A stretch of 61,750 nt of DNA, counting the filler, from Basidioascus undulatus (Eukaryota): NCBI GenBank assembly GCA_000826855.1. It is 6 parts of 6 records of this genome, joined end to end, with 100 filler letters (N's around TTAATTAATTAA, not from the genome) between each part and the next. Parts side by side here need not be neighbours in the genome. Positions count along the whole stretch, not along the records: positions 33,267 to 39,491 come from JTLS01001783.1; positions 39,592 to 45,814 come from JTLS01001784.1; positions 45,915 to 55,432 come from JTLS01001785.1; 3 more parts are not named here. The stretch is one strand, 5' to 3'. Each line of letters begins with the position of its first letter. Within the stretch, counting starts at the first letter, position 1. Below the pieces are notes generated by a model. The model searched no databases. It worked only from the letters and a program-made list of their open reading frames with translations, and had not been told where the DNA came from. The position numbers were made by a program, and so were the translations under genes. Below, piece after piece: positions 37,572 to 50,284 of the stretch.

Positions 37572-39491
37572 ACACCCTCCTGCTGCTGCCAGTAGGGGAG
37601 GGGCCCGTTGGGCGCGGTCGGGAGCAGCGTGACGGGCTGCGGAGGGAGAGAGTAGGTGATCTCGAGCTCTTCGAGGATCCGCTTGAGCTCCTGCCATTGA
37701 GAACCCCGCGAAGGAGCGTGTGAGCGAGGAAAGATGGTGAGAGGAGAGTGGACAAACAAACCTTCATGAGCGCCGTTCGACGGCCCCACCGCCCGCCCCA
37801 GTCTTGCCAGTTGGCTGTGCGGAACTCATGCGTGTCAGCTAACTGCACTTCATTATGCCAAATGAGCTGCGCGACAAACACTTGTGCTCCATCGCAATGG
37901 TCAAGTCGATCGAGTTTTGCTGGTTCATCTGTGGCAAACACCGTGTTCAGGACCACCTCGACGCGCTCGATGCGAAGGCCACAGTCTACCTTGTTGAAGT
38001 ACACCTCCAGCCCACCGCCCCATTCGCTACCGAAGGAACGCACTCAGATCCCTTGTCCAGACGAGCACCTCCGCCCAGAATCGCGCAAAACGCACCGGTT
38101 GTTCTCCATCACGTACGCCCGCAGCTTGGTGCGGATCGACTCAATGAGCTGCGCAGCGCCGTCCACGTCAGTCGATGCACGCAAGCTACCGGCCCAGATG
38201 CGGAACTCACCTCCAATTCTGTGAGGAACGAGATCTGGATGTTGGTGACCTCCCACATCGACTTGCTGCGGCGCACGTTGTGAATGAGCTTTGAGCTTGC
38301 AAGCAGCGCGTTAGGCGCGATGATCTCGAAGCCGTCGACGCTGAAGGATGGATGGCTGTCAATAACGGGAGGGTAAGCTTTGGGGTGGAAGTTCGAGGGA
38401 AGCTCACCGAGTGAAGACGGTCGAGAAGAGTCCGAATTCCTTGACATTGAGCGGCATGTCGTCGATGAAAACGCTGTGGACGCAGAACGGGAGGTAAGCT
38501 CGACAAGCTGTGTCAGCTTCTGCGGAGTATCAGATGGTGACGCACAGGTCGCCGAGATCATAGCTGAGGATGGAGGGCAAGATCGCATGTCAGCCCCTGT
38601 CACGCTAGAAGCGAAAGGTGAAGACGCACGGGTGAGTGCCGAAGATGAAGATGAGCGACTCGAAGAGGGTCTTGGCCGAGTTTCCGAAGAAGAAGCTGTT
38701 CCCATATCCCGCGTGAGCACCGTAAAACCGGCATCCCCTCAGGCAAATGCTACGCACCTGAATCCAAGAATGATGGTAGCAAGCGGGACAAGACTTTGGA
38801 TGGTCTGCAAGGCGAGCATGGTCAATCGCGTGCTCCGGCGTGAAAGGTGTGAAACAGACACACGTTGCTTCGCGTAAAGATCAGAAGCCAGATGAAGAGC
38901 ATGATGATGAGCGCGACGAAGAGCATAACGCCGTCGAGCCTGAGCGCAGTGCGGTCAGCTCCGGTGTGCCTGCTTACAAAGGCAGTAAGGCGTACTTTTG
39001 AATAGCGGAGGACATCTCCTTCAAGCTGCCGATCAGATTGCGACGCTCGCGGTAGATCCGAATCACCGCTTCGCTGTGGCAGTCAATCGATGTGAGACAC
39101 GTCGTCTAACGAATGTATTCTGTCGAAGCATGGCGGGACAATGTACCGCATCTCCTTGCGCTCGATGTCGCCGTTTCCGTCCTTGTCGAACACAGCGAAT
39201 GCACGCTTGGAATCTTCGACAGTGCGAAAGTACTGCGTGATGCGAATGTGAGTCGACCAGAGCGTTACAAGACTCGCAGGAGAGACACATACCGGGCGGA
39301 AGTCCTCCTCAACCAACGCGTCGCGGTCATGGTTAAGGTTCCTGAACAGGCTGCGCGCGAGCTTCCTCGCCGACTGCGAAGATCCTGCAGGCCCCCCCAA
39401 CGCATGTAAGTTTCATCCACCTCTACGCCGCATTCCTCCCCCCCCACTCCTATCTCTCCTCCACTACCTCCGAACCATACACGCGCACCGC
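37409..39491 (-). CDS. MscS-like mechanosensitive channel with EF-hand (Msy1/Msy2-like), 3' part
   Basis: SARKLARSLF, EF-hand AFAVFDKDGNGDIERKEM, SFFGNSAKTLFESLIFIF, FVKEFGL.STVF, IIAPNALLASSKLIHNVRRS, NWQDWGGRW.RR. Gly-rich tail from a (GGC)n repeat. Confidence 0.9.
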
Positions 39492-39591
39492 NNNNNNNNN
39501 NNNNNNNNNNNNNNNNNNNNNNNNNNNNNNNNNNNTTAATTAATTAANNNNNNNNNNNNNNNNNNNNNNNNNNNNNNNNNNNNNNNNNNNN
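39492..39591. other. Assembly linker/gap
   Basis: N44-TTAATTAATTAA-N44. Confidence 0.99.
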
Positions 39592-39796
39592 ACCGCCCGC
39601 GCCGACCGCCCCGCGCGCTATGCGCCCCGGCCCCGGAGTCGTCGGCGCAGGAGGTGCAGGAGGAGTAAATATGGGAGGAGGTGCGGGAGGAGCAGGGAAG
39701 AGGCGTGTGGACCCGGCGGAAAGGTTCGCAAGGCTGAGCGGGCTGCCGCTGGGTGCTGCTGCTGCTGGAGGGGCGGGGGTGAGGGGAAGGGGATGA
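39592..39796 (+). CDS. 3' end of an unidentified Pro/Gly-rich protein
   Basis: Open frame PPAPTAPRAMRPGP..KRRVDPAERFARLSGLP..GRG*, followed by 3'UTR-like sequence. Confidence 0.5.
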
Positions 39797-41244
39797 AGGG
39801 GTGAGGATGAGGTGGAGGAGGAGGGGGTAGGTGGATGGAGGATGGAGGAGAGGAGGGGATGATAGGCTAGTTGCACTGCTGTAATGTCTGACTTGCTTTG
39901 GATATTGGAATGAGTTGTTGAACTGCCTTGTTGCATTTGCAGCGGTCGGCGAAGCAGTCGGAGTGTAAGAGACGTGTCACGGCCTGCATCCAGCTTCCAA
40001 CTTGCTGGCTTGTTTTTCTTTCCAAAACTACGTAGCTCCGGCTGTGGAATGACAGTACACTGAGGAGACTGCCTCGGCGGTGCCTATTGCAATCTTGTAA
40101 ACAATGGCGCGACAGGACTCCCTCGCCTGTGCTCAGCGCTCATTCCATCGTCCGCGAATTCTCGGAGTATCCTCAACCCTCGCGGGGGAGCTGGTGACTG
40201 TCTCACATTGCATAGATATAACGCAGCGCGGTCTGGACGCTCTCGCACCTGCGTCTGTCCAGCTGAAGCGGCTGCTCATCTGGCGCTCGTTTCTCCCTGC
40301 CGTACTCACCCACCTCATCCTCGGTGTGTCAGACACGGTCCAGGTCCGACGTGCCCGCCTTGGGCGCGAACACCCGTGATCTCCCTGCTCTGCAACGAGT
40401 CTTGATCTTGGTCAAAATGCAGCTTCCCATGGTCGGAGATGATCTGCGGGAGCTCGAAGGGTTGACGAGGGATTGGCGTGCAGAGGTTGTCGTCTTAGGC
40501 CAACGGCTTGGCGTCCCTTTCGTTGCTGCAGGCTGGACTGTGGGCTCGTCACAGCGTGGTCGATGGCAACTGTGAGGGATATCATGGCCCCTCTGGATGG
40601 GCTGGAGCCCGCTGTCGCTTCCATTAATATTCTACATTCTCATGGTCTTCGAAAAGCCGCGTTGTACCTCAAGTATGCTCGTATGTGCAGTGGCCCGGCA
40701 TATCGTTTCCCACCCGAGTAACCATGGGGACAGAAATTTGGCTTAACTGGTCGCCTGACGCCAGCGCTGGAGGTGATCTGAGAAGTCTAAAGGCTTTGAG
40801 ACATCCCCAGGTGTGGACGTGGTTCGTCGCTGGCATGTGGAACAGGACGTTCTTATGCCACGCGGTGTGACTCAAACGGAGGTTTTTTTTAATTAAGTCT
40901 GAAACCGACGTTTGGCCTTGACCAAGCTGACCCCGGGGGAACATTTCTGAATTTAGGAGTCCTGCGACGCAATGAATGGCGCAGCGGACCTCTTCAACCT
41001 GTTATGCATCGTTGTTGACCCCGTCTCCCTGTTACGTAGTGTCTTTGGACATTCAGCTATGGAGTGGAAAAGAGGCCTGCGAAAAGTAATCTCACTCTGC
41101 ATGTCGAGCGGAGCGCTGAGCATTGACTTGCCACGTCGGAACGGCGCAGTGCAGGTCCGCGCTCCGCGTCCGCGTGCGTTGGTTCCGATCCGCCACCATC
41201 AGCCTCCAAACACCCTCAACTACCACACCTCTTCTTCGACCGCC

Positions 41245-43007
41245 ATGGCCCCTCTCAAGTTCAACCAGCTCCCCTTCGATGTTCTCTCGGTCATCTTTAC
41301 CCGCAAGCAGCGCTCGACGCTTCACAACGTCGTTCTCGTGTGCCGCGCCCTTCACGCCTTCGGCACTCCCTACCTTTACCGCTCTGGCGACCTTGATGGC
41401 AAGAGCCCCGCTCGGATGGCTATGTCTGTTACTCTCTTCTCGCGCACCCTTGAGCAGCGGCCCGAACTCGCCAAGCACGTATCCGCGCTGGGCTTCAACC
41501 TCGATGGTTGCGACTCGAGTGCACTCCTCTTGCGGATGAGTGTCAGCCTGATTCGGGCACTACCTGGGATACAAAAGGTCCTCTTTAGGTACGGGATGGA
41601 CAGCGATCGCGACAGCCGCGACAAGCTCGGCAATGTGCCTGAGTGGTACGAGCTCATCGACGAGATGGCCCAGCTTCTTCTGAACATCCATCACGTCGCT
41701 GTGGCGTGCGAGCAACTTGATTCTCTGGAGCTTGACTTTGGAGAGCTTTTAGGGCATGAGGCTTCTCACATTCCCGAATCAGTCTTGACGCTCCAGAGCT
41801 TCACGCCAGGGCGGTCCACATCCCTCCGACACCTTAGCGTCAAGGGCGATTTCTTGCTTAGTCCCGAAGCGGAGCCGCTTGCCCTCATCTCACGCCACCT
41901 GCTTTTGGCCTCACCCGAGGTGCGCTGTCTGCATTTGACGGAGGCTGACGAGACGGACTGTCAAGATTTACAAGACCGGGTCCTCGCGCCGGGCGCATGT
42001 TCTCGCATAACGACCTTCAGGCTGGATCGCTTCACTTTTACACCACACGTTGCTTCCTTTCTTTCCAAGCATCAAAACATTCGCCACCTCTCCTTTGGCC
42101 CTAGCTATCAGGGTGGGACCTGAGTATGAAGCGGACAACCTTGCCGGTGGATCTCTCGAGGCCGACGCTTTTCCGCATTTGCTCCCTGGAGGCGCCTGTG
42201 CCATTGGCTCTCTTAATCCATTCGGTGACTTCTTTCAAAGAGCTCCTCGAGGCAGTCGTTTGGCCTTCAAACGAGCCTTCCAGCCAGAAGCAGCTGTCGA
42301 ACATGCTACTCCAGCTTCCCGCCACGCTTACGCATGCATTTTTGCTCGACTTGCCGTTCGCCAAGCGCGACGCACTGGGCTATCTCAGCCGTATCTCCCA
42401 TGAGCTCCTGCTCCTGAAGTCCATTGCTCTCGATCTATCAATCCTGGTTTCCCCAGGTGAATGAGGCGAAGGTGCGCCGCGTCTCACGGGTACATCAATG
42501 GAAGCCCATTTTTCTGAACCAGATTTGGGTTCGACAGAAAGAAAAGATAGTAACGGGTCTCGGAATCCTCCCGAGCCTCGAAAAGCTGTTCGGAGAGGTT
42601 CAGAACTTCCAGCTTGAAGTCCACGGAATGGGGGTGCGTTTGGCTTCCGCCTGCTCTCAGCTCGCCCTTTTCTCGGAGGACATCAGCTCAGATGTTGCTT
42701 TCCGTGTGAAGCGCTATGCCGAACGGATGTGAAGGGCTATGCCGACGGCCGCCCCGTCGAAGACTTGGATGCGTGGATCATCGAGGACGAAGATGGCGGT
42801 GACTATGACCCGTCGACGTTCAACTTCTGGCGCCGGTGGAGAGCAGACCCTGTCGGCCGCCTTTCGTTTGTAGGCTGTGCTGCTCGGACTTCTATGTGTG
42901 TTGCGCATTCCTCATCTCTCACTGTGACTCCGAGGGAAACTGCCTGGTGGTCTGTCCATCCTGAGCCGAGCAGCAGCGATGCGAGTGCAAGCGCAGTTTC
43001 TTTGTGA
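41245..43007 (+). pseudogene. F-box/LRR (RNI-like) protein, frameshifted in its 3' half
   Basis: F-box MAPLKFNQLPFDVLSVIF..LHNVVLVCRALH..PYLYRS, RTLEQRPELAKHV, LRR-like LRHLSV/IRHLSF/LTHAFL. Frame changes near 42115, 42185 and 42725. Confidence 0.7.
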
Positions 43008-45814
43008 ACCGGAAGTGCTTCAAATAACCTGACCCTCTAAGCCTCATCCCAGTCCATTCCGCCTGTACAGCCCAGCAAACACCCAAAAGTAATAGCGGCG
43101 TAGTTACCGAGGGAGAGTGTTTTCCATCTCGTTTCTCGCTGGCCATTCAGCCGCTGCTGGGATTGTAAGCTAATTCGTACTATTAGTGAAGACAGAAGAC
43201 GGGTATTCGATACGCTTAGGAAGGAGGGAGGGAACTTTTGATGGTCGCGTGCGAGCGTGTGGCTGAGGGACGGGACCGTTGGACGCACTGCGCGCACCAG
43301 AGTCTACACGCATTGCATGAGGGCAGAGAGATCCGCCAAGGATTGTCTGACCTTCTTGAAAATGAGGGCACAAAGACTTTTTCGCTTTCAACGGAGTCGA
43401 GGTTTGGCTGCACGGCAGGTCCTTTTTGCAGTTCCGAGATATTCGACCGAAGGGAGGGAGCTGAGGGGACCGGCACACCAGGCAGGTTACCACCGGGTTT
43501 TATTTGAAGTTACTTCACTCTATTTGAGTTGCAATGAGATTTACCCATTTTGATGAGAACCGTGGCGCCAGCCGACACGTTGTCGAGCAGCTGCTGTAAC
43601 AGCTGATGACGATGTCCGATCCGGGAGCGAAGGCGTCAGTTTGTGGCCTCGGGTAGAGCTCGTTAGGAGCTCGGATGTGGAGATGAAGCTGTATGCAGGA
43701 CAATTTGCGCAGAACAGCTTAGAAAGGTAGCAAGTTGCGCACGGCAGAGCAGCACAACTTCGCAGGAACACTTACAGGTGTACCGGCGATGATAAGACCC
43801 CCGGATTGAATAACAGTTAGTTTCTATGCGGAAGTGGGTTTACCTCTATAAGCTCTTGCTTGGGAGGCACTAATGTGCGAGGCGTAACAGGTGGAAGCGG
43901 GCACTGGAACGACTGCCACGTTGACGATGGCGGTGCGGAAAGTGAGCATCGTTATCCACCCAAGCTAACGGGACCTGGTCTACGTTTTTGGGTGCAATTT
44001 GTTGGGATGCTCACCATGTATTACGTTGACTTTCGTCCACTTGCATGATGGGACAGCTGGCTACTCTAGTGCGCCTCCACAATGAGCAGGTGCTGGAGAT
44101 TCGCGCCGTGTAACAGCCGCGTGCAGGATGGAATACCATGGGCGCGTTCCATAGCTCCAGGATACAGCTTGCATCGGGGTCTGGCATGATGGACGACACA
44201 TCCTGACGTAGAGGTATCGAGAGTTGTCCGACACGGGAATGTGCGCTGTAAGCGCCGGGAATAGACACTCACTTCATGTAGCATCAAGAAACCTAAAATG
44301 CTTGCCTAGGACACTTAGAGCTACATATGTATGCATCTGTTCAGACCGTAAACGAAAACCTTCCCTTCCTTGCTTCGGCTGCCCAGCCTCGTGACGCGAG
44401 ATCCGAGCAGACCCATGGCGATGGGAGCTCACAGTCAAACTTCTTCACGGTAGAAGTGACTCTCAGGTCTTGTACACCTTCTTCTGTTCAATAATAATTC
44501 CGGATGTATGATCAATGTCAGAATGGGTTCATGGGGCAATGGGAATGTGTTCACAACATCTTCGGATGATAGCATCTGGCACTTGCTGGCACAGTCGTTT
44601 ATAACCTCCTACCGCACCCTCAGTTGCCTATGTAAAGACCAAGTTACTCTGGTTCAGAAGCCTCCTTATTTTTTTTTTCGTGGTTGCCGCTACCATTCAA
44701 TTCATCCTTGAAGACCGAGACTCAGTCGCTGCGCACAACCATACTCGCACAACCATACTGCGCCGGCCGGGCCCGGACCGGCGTCTACCGCAGCAGCACA
44801 CAGACACATCGTACAGAAGTTGTTACCTTTGGGCAGATGATATCCATGAATCTCATCGCTCGTGTACACCCGGAGGTACGCGCTGGAGATGGCAGTTGAC
44901 TCGCTGAGCGACCGGAACACATGATCCGTGTTGACGTCGGGCACGCTGTCAGGGACCGACGCCGTGGGTCGCCGCAAACAAACCGCCGGGAGGAGTGGAG
45001 CAGGCAATTCCTCGAGGCACTTCAATGTTGATTGCTGCCTTGGACTGTGGTCGAAAGGTTGTAGCAGTCACTTCTGTGCAGAAATCGTAGGAGGAGCAAG
45101 TGAGAGAGAAAAGGAGCAGTCAGCCTGCTGGCGCCCGGCTGATCGGGCCCGACGGCGCACAATTTGGCTCATGACTGGCTCGCGAGGCTCGAGTCGGGGT
45201 CAAAACGGGAGGATATGGCGGTTCGGGGCGATGAGCCGGCGCAAAATGTCGATTGCATGTCAAGGGGCCTCCACACTCGAATGCGCAAAGTGAGCTTGGA
45301 GACATCTTACAAGGCGAGGCTCGCACAAGGCTGTCCTCAACCCTCCTCCTCCTCACTACAAATCTACATCTCTCTCTCCACGCACCCATATATAATTCCA
45401 TCGGATATACCACCCCCTCCCCCATCGCGACACCCAAATTCTAGCACGCGTTTCGCAGCTGGAATCTGAAGGGAGATTGACCGGAAATTCGGGAGAAAGA
45501 CCGGACCTGTTGCTCGTGTGAGTGCTCGTCCTCGCAGCGTGCTGAGCTGGTCGTCGAGGTGGGACCGCAAAATGCAGCGATGTGGTCTGTAGGGCCTTCC
45601 TGGGATTGGGTGTTGGGGGAGAGGTTCGCCTGAAGCACGTTCCGGTGTTTGATTTCCCGCGGAGAGGATGTGGTCATGGTGCACATGGAGTTTCAGACTC
45701 CTTCTCGAGCAAAGAACCATCTTGGCCCGATTCCCGTCCCATCTGCCCATCTCCCACCGCACACCGCACCTTGCCCGCTGACCACGACTATCTTCTCCCC
45801 CATATCCCCCTTGC

Positions 45815-45914
45815 NNNNNNNNNNNNNNNNNNNNNNNNNNNNNNNNNNNNNNNNNNNNTTAATTAATTAANNNNNNNNNNNNNNNNNNNNNNNNNNNNNN
45901 NNNNNNNNNNNNNN
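45815..45914. other. Assembly linker/gap
   Basis: N44-TTAATTAATTAA-N44. Confidence 0.99.
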
Positions 45915-47280
45915 GCAGACTCCCCTGCATCACACCCAAGGTCCTCCCAGCCACACCCCTGTTGCCACCCTTCCAGAGCTTTCCATCTCTTTCTATCTCT
46001 TTCCACACTTTCCCAGATCTTTCCAGCACTTTCCTGCCAATCCCCACAACTGTATATAAGAGGACCAGCACCCTTTGGCTGGCCCTCAACCAACTTGGAT
46101 CCCAACCACCATCATCTCCCCTAGTCCAAAGCTCTCACTCCCTAGTCCTTGGCTACACCCTTTCCTCCACCAAGGGGTGTATCCTCACAGTCCTTGTCAT
46201 CCTTGGCATCCTCATCCTCATTGTTGCTATCAGCATCAGTGTGTACTCCTCCACCTGCTCCTTCCACTCCTCAGCCAACTTGCACCACATGCACACCTGT
46301 GCAAGCCCTTGACAATGAAGAGTTCACATGCATGACTGCCCTCTCACTGAACCATCTTTGCAAGCATGCTGAGCTCCAAGGCCAAGACTGCTGACCTGCT
46401 CAACCACCTTGACATGTGCTGTCTTCAGGCATTGCCAGAGCCAGTAGGGGGTGCAGCAGACAGTGGGGAAGCAAAGTACGACTCTGACAAGTTCTGCTGA
46501 CCCCGCTTGACATCATCAGTAATCTCGAGTATGATGCAGCCATTGCAAGCAAGCAGGAGTCCAACTCAGGTGATTTGGGCTTCAGATGGCTGCTGACTGT
46601 CAGATGACTGTTAATTCCAGTTAGGTGGCTGCATGTTGTTTAAATAGATGACTTTCAGAGAGGAGATCAACCTGTTGTTGCAGCTCACAAAAAGCTGCAA
46701 GAGGCTGCAAGAGGGAAACTTGAAAGTGTTACCTTTATAGCTGCATGAGGCTCAATTTTGGCCTTGCTGCCTGTTGCAGCCTGCATGTAGTTACTCAAAG
46801 AGCCCTGACTATACACAAGACCTTGCAAGAGGTTTCTTTGCTCTGATCATGCCATGTTAGTGCTGCATGTGATAGTTGCCAGGTTGTTCACAAACACCAC
46901 AAGAGCACATGACTGCTTGCATTTGAAAAAGCAAGCTCTTGCAGGTGTTGTGATGAACCCATTATTGTTACACATTTCCGAAATCATTCAGGCATTAAAG
47001 TTGACTGAATGACATTTAGCTGTCATGGAAAACCCCATCTAACTAAACAGGCTGGTCAAATCTCAGCCTGACGTTCTTGAAATGGTCACATTTAATCAAC
47101 ATTTCCACTAGGCGAGTTCAACAATAATGGGTCCATGGCGAACATTCCTCTACAGAGATATTTCAAACTATCTCCTAAAAGCAGCCTGTGCATGTTATGG
47201 GGCATTGTCGCTGCAGACATCAATGCACTACTTGATGAGTGCTCTAATCAGACAACTGGGGGCCAGCATCCGCGCACTCC
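45915..47280. mobile_element. CpG-depleted repeat/transposon relic (LTR-like first ~560 bp)
   Basis: No CpG seen in 45915-46478 and few up to ~47280, with TpG/CpA excess. TATATAAG at ~46053 and TTCCA-rich repeats. Sits at a contig end. Confidence 0.65.
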
Positions 47281-47821
47281 TCCTCTGACGCAATGGAGAG
47301 TAAGGCCTTGATCATTGATTGGACCGTTTAAGCTTCCAAAAATTACACAGAAGGGCAAGTCAAAAGTTCCAGCATAGCTGGAGTGTGCGCAGACCGGACT
47401 TGTGATAGTCAGAAGGCTGCCTGCAGGAAGGGCCAGGTGAAGGTGCTGGAGCTGTCGAGGGTACCTGTTCTGAGATTTCGTTTTTTTGTTCCATCAGAAT
47501 CACCTCTTCATGAACGCATTCACAAGTGTGCTCTTCCTAATGGGCGCCATCACTGGAGCAACCCAGTGACATTTGGGGCGGCGGTTGCGTTTGGGTCTTG
47601 TGACCAAACAGAGTTTCAAGGTCGTTTAAGAACAAGGGTATTATGATGATAATGTTTGAAATGCTTAGCTGCCAGCCACAGAGAGAAAGAAAGGTAGCCA
47701 TGTATTCATGCGAGTGATCCACACCCTGTCGGACAAGGAGCGCCAGCGGCCGACGTACGGTCCTGACGGAAATGCAACTTGCTCACCTTCGCTCAACTCT
47801 TCGCCATCTGTCTAAGCGCTC

Positions 47822-48965
47822 ATGCCTGTCTGCACTACGTGTTCGACTGCTTTGCCCCATCTCTACACTCTTTACTCTTCCACGAACATCCGCTTGACGC
47901 CCTGCGGTTCCTGTAAGGCCTTCGCGGACCCTTACATCGAGGCGCCGCCACTCTCCATCCTGCTCGACCTGGTGCTTCTGAAGCCGGGCGTGTATCGGCA
48001 TCTGCTGTGGAATAGAGGCTCCGAGCCCGAGCGGAAGCGGGGCTCTCTCCCACCGCGAGAGCCGGACTTTTGGGATGGTCGCAGGCGCAGAACGCTTGTG
48101 GTGTTGGGAGCGACGCTCGTGCTGGCGGATGCCTTCATCCGGTGGCTACATCTTCGTGCGCACAATTCGTTGGCCTGATTCATAGCGGAAAAGTGTACAT
48201 TGACTCATCTGGTGTCGTTCGTGCAGGTCCGCTTCACAATCCCGGGAATGGACTCGCACCTCTCGAAGCGAACCTCACCGAGGTGCACGCTGATGCCTCC
48301 GAAGCGGTGCACACCTTTCTGCGAACCTGCCTCGGGTGCCTTATCGGTAACGCTCTCTAGACCTCACTCAACTCTGAGTTCCGCTAAGTCAGCTTCGCAT
48401 GCCCCAGAGACGATCGCTTTTCATCTCGGCGTCGTGCTCTCGTCCTCGATCTACCTCCGCCTCCGGCCTGACGCCCCTCGTGTACCGGCCATCCTCATCC
48501 CGCTCGCCCTGCTCTACTCTTCCATGACCAAGCTTTCGCTCCTTCTCCTCCTTTCGCTCTTCCCTCAAACTACGGCCCTCCCGCCGCAGCCGGCCCTGAA
48601 CGGATTCCTTGCGTTCTCTGAAATGCCCATGCAGGCGCGCGACGCCGCGGGGGCCGTGTGGATAGCCTTGGATGACGGGGTACTTGATCGGGAATGGGTG
48701 GTCAGGTCGCTTCTTGGGGGTATGAGTGCCGGCTTCGGACTGAGAGGTAAGGGTTTCCGCATCTGTTATATCGCGTCAACGCTACAGCGACAACTCATGC
48801 AGACAACCCTCTGCAGTTCTTCTGTCTTCCTCTCCCTTGCCGACGACGCTCCTGATTCTTTGCGGCTGGGGTGCAAAGACCGCCGCAGCCCGAGCTGTGG
48901 GCGACTGGGTGGTGGCTGGCGGAGGAGCACGGCGGCACCTGTATGAGCAGTTCTCGATCCCATGA
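47822..48965 (+). CDS. ARV1: Arv1 sterol/lipid homeostasis protein, multi-exon
   Basis: MPVCTTC..LYTLYSSTNIRLTPCGSCKAFADPYIE..ILLDLVLLKPGVYRHLLWN is the Arv1 homology domain. Transmembrane C-terminal half. Confidence 0.92.
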
Positions 48966-49270
48966 CTGGCTCTCGGCCGCTGTTGCTCTCTCATGGACAG
49001 CGCAGGCGTCTGCCTCGGCATCGCCGCAAAGTACTGAGGAAGATGTCGATCATCATTTCCCAGCTTGCTTGATTGACACGCGGGACCGGCACGCTCTTCT
49101 GCCATCTCGGATGAATCGCCACTACGCTCAGTGCCCCAATTAAGTTATGGTATAATGTCTACGCGTGCCCGATTCACGCTTGAACTTGTTCCACGTCGGA
49201 CCCCCCCCCCCCNCCCCCCCCGGTTGATGTGGGCGCAGACCTGGAATCGATGCATGACGCGGCCGACTGC

Positions 49271-49993
49271 TCACACGGGTGATTGCCGAGCGCCAGCCAC
49301 GCGGTCGGCGACCTGTAGAAAAGCGTCAGGACATCGATTATATGAACAGGTAGCCGATGATGTGTAGCGTACCGTTCGAATGACGGGGAGGTTCAGGAAG
49401 GTGCCGATAAGCGGCAGCTGGCGCAGGAAGTTGAGGGCGAGAGGGAAGAGGTCGCTGCGGCGGGGAGGATGAGAGGTTCAGTTATACAAGCACGAATATT
49501 GCCCCACATGGCTGCCGCCTGCGTCTGCTCTGCAAAGAGAATGAAGCCATGGGACGCACCCAAAAAGGTTCAGGAAGCCAAAGGCCTCTACGACGAAGCC
49601 AACAAAGGGCCACTTGAAGAAGACGAGGAGGATGCCGCCGAGGAAGAAGAAGGTGCCGCGGAGCTTGTGTTTCCGCGAGAAGAAGACGAATGTTTTTTGA
49701 GGGCCAATGATGAGGGTCACGCCTGCGAGAAAGAGGATCTGGAGGACGAAGGTTGACTGGTGAGCGACAAGACGCGGGGAGAGGAGAGGGGTAACGCACG
49801 TTGCCCAATGCAAGAAGGCCTGCGTCAAAGAAGAGCATGACGCCGAGGAGGGTGAAGATGCCTCCGAACGAAGCCAGACCGACGCCGATCTCTGTTGGGA
49901 GCGAGGAGGAAGAGGGAAGAAGTGAGCATGATCGCTGAGAGGCGCTTGTCGGGGCCTGGGTGCCGCACTTTGGGCATCAGTGAGCCAGACCAT
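49271..49993 (-). CDS. GOT1: Golgi transport protein Got1, multi-exon
   Basis: MVWLTDAQKIGVGL..MLFFDAGLLALGNILFLAG..IIGPQKT..FF..KLRGT..GFLNLFGD.FP..FLRQLP..DRVAGARQSPV*. Confidence 0.95.
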
Positions 49994-50284
49994 GTTAGCT
50001 GCAGGCTGAAAGAGTAGGATAGGAGCGGCGGCGAGATGGAAGCGATGCAAGAGACACAGTTGTGAAGCGGATGCGTTGCAGGTCGCGTCGGTGGGGGTAA
50101 GGTAGTCGTGAATAGAATAGACACGTGCTGTACGGATGGCTGTCGGCGGATGTGCATTTCATCGCTCCCCGATATGCACGTTTGCATCCGTTCGAGGATC
50201 AACTTTGAGATTTCGACCCCTTCGTCTTCTCGCCTCGCACACATACCACTTCTCTTTCCTTTGTCCTTCCCCGCGCCATCAGCC

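Noticed and set aside
47643..47766. ATGATGA..CTGA possible C/D-box snoRNA
   Set aside because: I could not recognise a terminal stem or an rRNA-complementary guide.
49201..49221. Poly-C tract between convergent ARV1 and GOT1
   Set aside because: It is a simple homopolymer containing an ambiguous base, so its length is unreliable.
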